A stretch of DNA of 63,205 nucleotides, counting the filler, from Pelomyxa schiedti (taxonomy: Eukaryota > Protista > Evosea), in assembly GCA_020536535.1 (NCBI GenBank). It is 6 parts of 6 records of this genome, joined end to end, with 100 filler letters (N's around TTAATTAATTAA, not from the genome) between each part and the next. Parts side by side here need not be neighbours in the genome. Positions count along the whole stretch, not along the records: positions 56,502 to 63,205 come from JAHLWZ010001399.1; 5 more parts are not named here. One strand, 5' to 3'. The position numbers were made by a program, and so were the translations under genes. Position 1 is the first letter of the stretch, and the number at the start of each line of letters is the position of its first letter. Positions 59,183-63,205 of the stretch are shown in pieces. A model generated the notes under the pieces. It was not told the DNA's origin and made no database searches. It saw nothing but the letters and a program-made list of their open reading frames with translations.

Positions 59183-62180
59183 TTATCGCCACAGGATGAA
59201 CAGTGCTGCACCATCACCACCAGTTCCTTCGTTGCAGTTATCAGCACCACCTTCGTCGTTGCCGCCAGCACCGCCGCCGTACCTCCCACCTGGTGTTCCA
59301 CACTTCTTGTCCGCTCCCGATCCTCCTGGCTGCCCACCAACTCCCGGTGCAAGCCAGCTGCCTCCACCTCCCCCTGCTGAAAATGTGTAGGCGTTCCGTT
59401 TCCCACCTTGGCCACCTTTTCCTCCGTGTTGTCCTGGGTTTCCTGCTTGTTGGGAGTTAGACGTACCACGTGGTCGTGTGGTGGCGTTTGCGTGTTTGTG
59501 TTTTGGAGTTTCGGCAACATTGTACATCAACTTCTGGACCTTGGGATGAGCCACCACCAGAGCCTGCACCCACACCACCACCATCACAACACTCACCATG
59601 ACGATAATAGGCGTTCTTCCCAGCACCGCCGTCACCCCCTGCTCCTGCTGCGCCGCCGCCCCCTCCCCCTCCATCGCACGCACCCCCGCCCCTGCCCCCT
59701 TTGTGTGCCCCTGTCCTTGCGGCGCTGCACGTGCCTGGCAGTGCAACTGACCCAACTCCACCGAGCCCCCCCAGTTGGCCGTAGTCCCCTCCTGTTTTGT
59801 GTGTTTTCCCGCCATCACCGCCGCCACCGCAAGCGAGTGTCACCCCGGACAGTGCGACGGTGGTGTCGCCGCCCCTCCTGCCCTGCTCGCCCATCCACGA
59901 CCCGCCAGCACCACCCCTGCCAACAACAACAACGAAGGCGTCGCCCTCAGCGACCGCGAGCCCAAGCACCAAAGCACAGCCGCCGCCGCCGCCCCCTGCT
60001 CCACCACCCTCGCCTTGGTCGTGGCAGCCGGCGCCGCCACCAGCCCCAACCACCACAAATGACAGCACACTCACCCCTGGTGGCACAACCACTTTGTGCT
60101 CCCCTGGGGTGTCGAAAACTAGGCGCTCATCAACCACTTTGTGCTCATCCCCTGGCGTGTCAAACAGCAGCTCACCAACAACCAAGGTGCCTAATCTAGC
60201 AACGGCTTTCTGCAGGTGGGCACACTTTGCTCGGAGATACTTTACTTCACCTGGTTTCTCTCTTGTTAGTTCATGAACAGTGTCCATCACTTCCTTGATT
60301 TCTGGGGCCACATTTGCATCATTGTGTTCACTGGTGGCTTGAGTTGATGACTCCACGAAGGCTTTCTGCAAGGTTGGCTGAAGTTGCAAGAACACATTCA
60401 CGAAAGCAAAGCTGCTTGTGTTGTTGTCAAGCATTGGAGGGCGTTTCACAGAGGATGGTCCAAAGGAAGATGACGTAGTTTCACCCACTTTGATTCCTTC
60501 CAGTGAGCACAATCGTTTGCCCAGCACAATGTTGTTGGAGAGAACGTAAAATTGATTCCTGGATTGTGTGACAACGTTTTCCAAACTTCGACTCTGTGCC
60601 ATGAGGAAGGTGAGAAGGTTTTACTTATTAGATAACATATTCCCAACCTTGGTTGTGACCAATTTCCTGAGATTTATTTGGCAACCCTTGAGTACCTCAA
60701 GGATGGATTTCACAAGCTGTTGAACTTCAGTCTCCATGCCTTTGTCACAGTCATTTAATTGGCGTTGCAACGCAGAGAGCTGAGCCTCTGCATTGCATTT
60801 CGTATTCAAGGCATTGGCACACCGCTGGGTGAGTGTTTCAATCACTTCCTCCAGGGAGCCGCGCAACCTTTTTTCAGCAACTGCCAGGTTCTCGTGGTTG
60901 GTGTGTCCAACATGTTCACCTGAGAAAAGGCATTCAGTGCAGATGATCTTTGGATGATGGTCTGTTGTAGTTGCTGCTGATTTCTGGAAACTGTTGGAGG
61001 CTTGTGGTGTGGGAGGAGGCAAGGTCTTTGAAGTTGGTGGGTTTGGGCCCCAGCAGAGTATTGTGAGAGGGATTCCATGGTGTTCACAGAATCTGCTTCC
61101 GGGTTGTGGGAGTACAACACACCCCAATGCTGGAATCAGTGTTGGGGTGGTGTGTTGTTGTTGCAATTCCTTCCTGGCTGAATGCACCACATGATCCACT
61201 GCGAAGAACTCGTGGCTCTGTTTCGAGTTACTGCCGGATGTACAAGGTGAAATGTTACTTACCTTGTGCCAACTGAGTTGGCAAGATGAACAAATGAAGG
61301 CGTCACAACAAGTGCAATACAATTTCGCTTTCCTGTTGTCGTGAACGCATTTAAACATCGCATTGGCAGTAGAAGTGACATTTTTCGGAATTATCTCACT
61401 CAAAAGTTAACAAGTTACTTGGTATTTGAGAGAAGTTACTTTTCCAGTGGGAGTGTGGTCAGCGAAGAAAGAATCATGAAGGAAATCACAGCAATTTCTA
61501 CAAAGAGATCTGTCACACTGGGGGCAAAAAATGGCAGCAGGCATGCCACATCCTTTTTTATCTGTTTTGTGTTTGAGTGTACAAAAAAAAAAAAGAAGAC
61601 AACAGCATACCACAGCTTTTTTCAGAAGAACAGATAGCTTCCTTATCTTCAGTAACAGCAAGTGGGTCAATTTTAAGCACGCTTCCTAACGCTCTGATCA
61701 CCGCTTCCTCAATCGGCAATGAATTGTTCCCCTCGCTTTCAGGAACCACACCCAAAGTACCCAATGGAAATTTGGAGCCACAAACAGGGCACACAGCCGC
61801 CCACTCTGTTGGTTCTTCGTGTGGCGCGCTCGAAGTTGAGGTAGTATTAGTTGTGGCAGTGCCACTCTCACTGCCAGTAGTACTAGTAGGCACTGTGCTG
61901 GTGGAAGCAGTAGGAGTGTTCGTCGCTGGCGGCACCACTTTTATGCATGAAAGGTTGACACCATGAAGGCACGGCAACAGCCTGTCGATAACACCGAACG
62001 ATTAAAGGAGGAGACGAACGAAACACACACAGGCACGACCCCACGATTGATCAAAAGTGAGACGGCGTACGCTTTATTGTTGAAATACCTTGGGTCGTTG
62101 TAAGGCGTTGAACAACACGGGCACACCGATGCGCAAGCTCTCTTGCCCTCCCTGGCCGCAAGCCCCGCTGGAGTCGTCAT
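59183..62180 (-). CDS. TRIM/RBCC-like protein (RING, 3 B-boxes, coiled coil) with C-terminal glycine-rich domain
   Basis: CPCC...LLPCLH..NLSC...CPVC; FCPQCDRSLCRNCCDFLH...H; CVHD...YCTCCDAFICSSC...H; CEHH...ICTECLFSGEHVGH; coiled coil; FDTPGEHKVVVPPGVSVLSFVVVGAGGGAG...GGDGAALFILWR*. Confidence 0.8.
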
Positions 62181-62223
62181 TGATTTTTCTCAAAGTTTTC
62201 AATTGACAATTATTTCACACAAG

Positions 62224-62456
62224 ACAGTGTGACGGTGGTGTTGCCGCCCCTCCTGCCCTGCTCGCCCGTCCTTCCCCCGCCAGCACCACCCCTGCCAACA
62301 TCAACAACAACGAATGTGTCACCCTCAGCAACACCGAGGCCAAGCACCAAAGCACAGCCGCCGCCGCCGCCCCCTGCTCCACCACCCTCGCCTTGGTCGT
62401 GGCAGCCGGCGCCGCCACCAGCCCCAACCACCACAAATGACAGCACACTCACTCCT
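62224..62456 (-). pseudogene. Partial duplicate of the glycine-rich domain exon
   Basis: Near-identical to ~59847-60075 (GVSVLSFVVVGAGGGAGCHDQGEGGG...); stops at 62210. Confidence 0.7.
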
Positions 62457-62789
62457 GAAAACTCGTCTTCCTTTGGACCATCCCACTGTGATTCCAGATC
62501 ACACCCAGAGTGGGTTCCAAGCTGTTCCCAAAGGGTGGTCTCAAAATGTGAAAAAACACTACCCAAGTGGAGAAAGTGGAGGTAACATCACAACGGGCTC
62601 AATTTGGGTGCTCCCAATGTGGACACACAGTGGTCCCCAGGTGGTCCCTGTTCCAGCCCCTCACCCCCAGTACTTTCATAAAGAAACTTTTTTTTTCTTT
62701 TGCCTGAAGTCGAAAACCAACTTCAGGCCAGGCCACATCATGGAGAGGTGTATGTTGGGAATGTGGAGTGTAGGAGCCCAGTGGAGTGC

Positions 62790-63060
62790 GTAGGAGCGAG
62801 AGTGAGAGAATGCGAGAGCCAGAGCGAGAGAATGAGAGAGCGAGAGAGCGAGAGAATGAGAGAATGAGAGAGCGAGAGAACGAGAGAACGAGAGAATGAG
62901 AGAATGAGAGAGCGAGAGAGCGAGAGAATGAGAGAGCGAGAGAGCGAGAGAATGAGAGAGCGAGAGAATGAGAGAATGAGAGAGCGAGAGAATGAGAGAG
63001 CGAGAGCGAGAGAGGGAGAGGGAGTGAGAGAGCGAGAGAATGAGAGTGAGAGCAAGAGCA
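62790..63060. repeat. GA-rich compound microsatellite (GAGAGAAT/GAGAGAGC units)
   Basis: Directly visible tandem 6-8 bp purine-rich units. Confidence 0.9.
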
Positions 63061-63205
63061 AGGGGTGTTAGTGCCGAGGGGAACTGGGTGGAGGCGGAAG
63101 TAAAGCCTGACATTGCACTCTGTTCGGCAGTCCTTCTGGCATCCAGGGTCCTGTTGTTGTTGAGTGGGGTGATAATAAAAAGGGAATGTACCTTGGTAAT
63201 AGATT

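Noticed and set aside
18570-62180. Apparent ubiquitin-system cluster (F-box fusions, USP47, F-box remnant, TRIM-like)
   Set aside because: The genes lie on different concatenated scaffolds, so co-location in this window has no meaning.
62676-63113. Ser/Leu/Arg-repeat ORFs resembling SR or membrane proteins
   Set aside because: Translations of the GA microsatellite.
1-63205. CRISPR arrays, rRNA, tRNA, telomeric repeats
   Set aside because: No regularly spaced repeat-spacer array or recognisable structural RNA seen by eye; a covariance-model search was not possible.

Overview
Eukaryotic (protist) DNA with dense, very short (~35-65 nt) GT-AG introns. The window is six unrelated scaffolds joined by artificial N-TTAATTAATTAA-N spacers (18470-18569, 29977-30076, 43638-43737, 55082-55181, 56402-56501), so synteny is only meaningful within a segment. 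The repeated 'AxxQF...RCGxxSPARAL...LW' family and the intron style remind me of Pelomyxa-like archamoebae (inference from memory, not verified). Segment 1 (1-18469): head-to-tail array of about 8 paralogous minus-strand genes built from about 25 copies of an unusual long-spacer zinc finger (W-x-x-A-x-x-IVP-x5-PY-x-C-x2-C-x23-H-x3-H with internal GW and SR). They share a helical motif and an upstream DNA motif, and a frameshifted retroviral-type integrase relic sits inside the array. Segment 2 (18570-29976): tandem array of 3 (possibly 4) genes that appear to encode a Rac/Rho GTPase-Kelch repeat-F-box fusion. Two copies carry E at the Q61 position and one has a degenerate switch I. Segment 3: ABHD17-like hydrolase (two near-identical copies), USP47-like deubiquitinase, eIF4E with a long low-complexity N-terminus, and two lineage-specific paralogs. 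Segment 4: DUF229-like membrane protein, signal-peptide RCC1-repeat protein, family/ankyrin-like proteins, an intronless bacterial-like cupin and an F-box remnant. Segment 5: short and degenerate. Segment 6: MSP-domain tail-anchored protein and a TRIM-like (RING-B-box-coiled-coil) protein ending in a glycine-rich domain. The two best candidates for undescribed biology are the Rac-Kelch-F-box array and the long-spacer zinc-finger array. All gene models were spliced by eye; ends marked approximate are uncertain.
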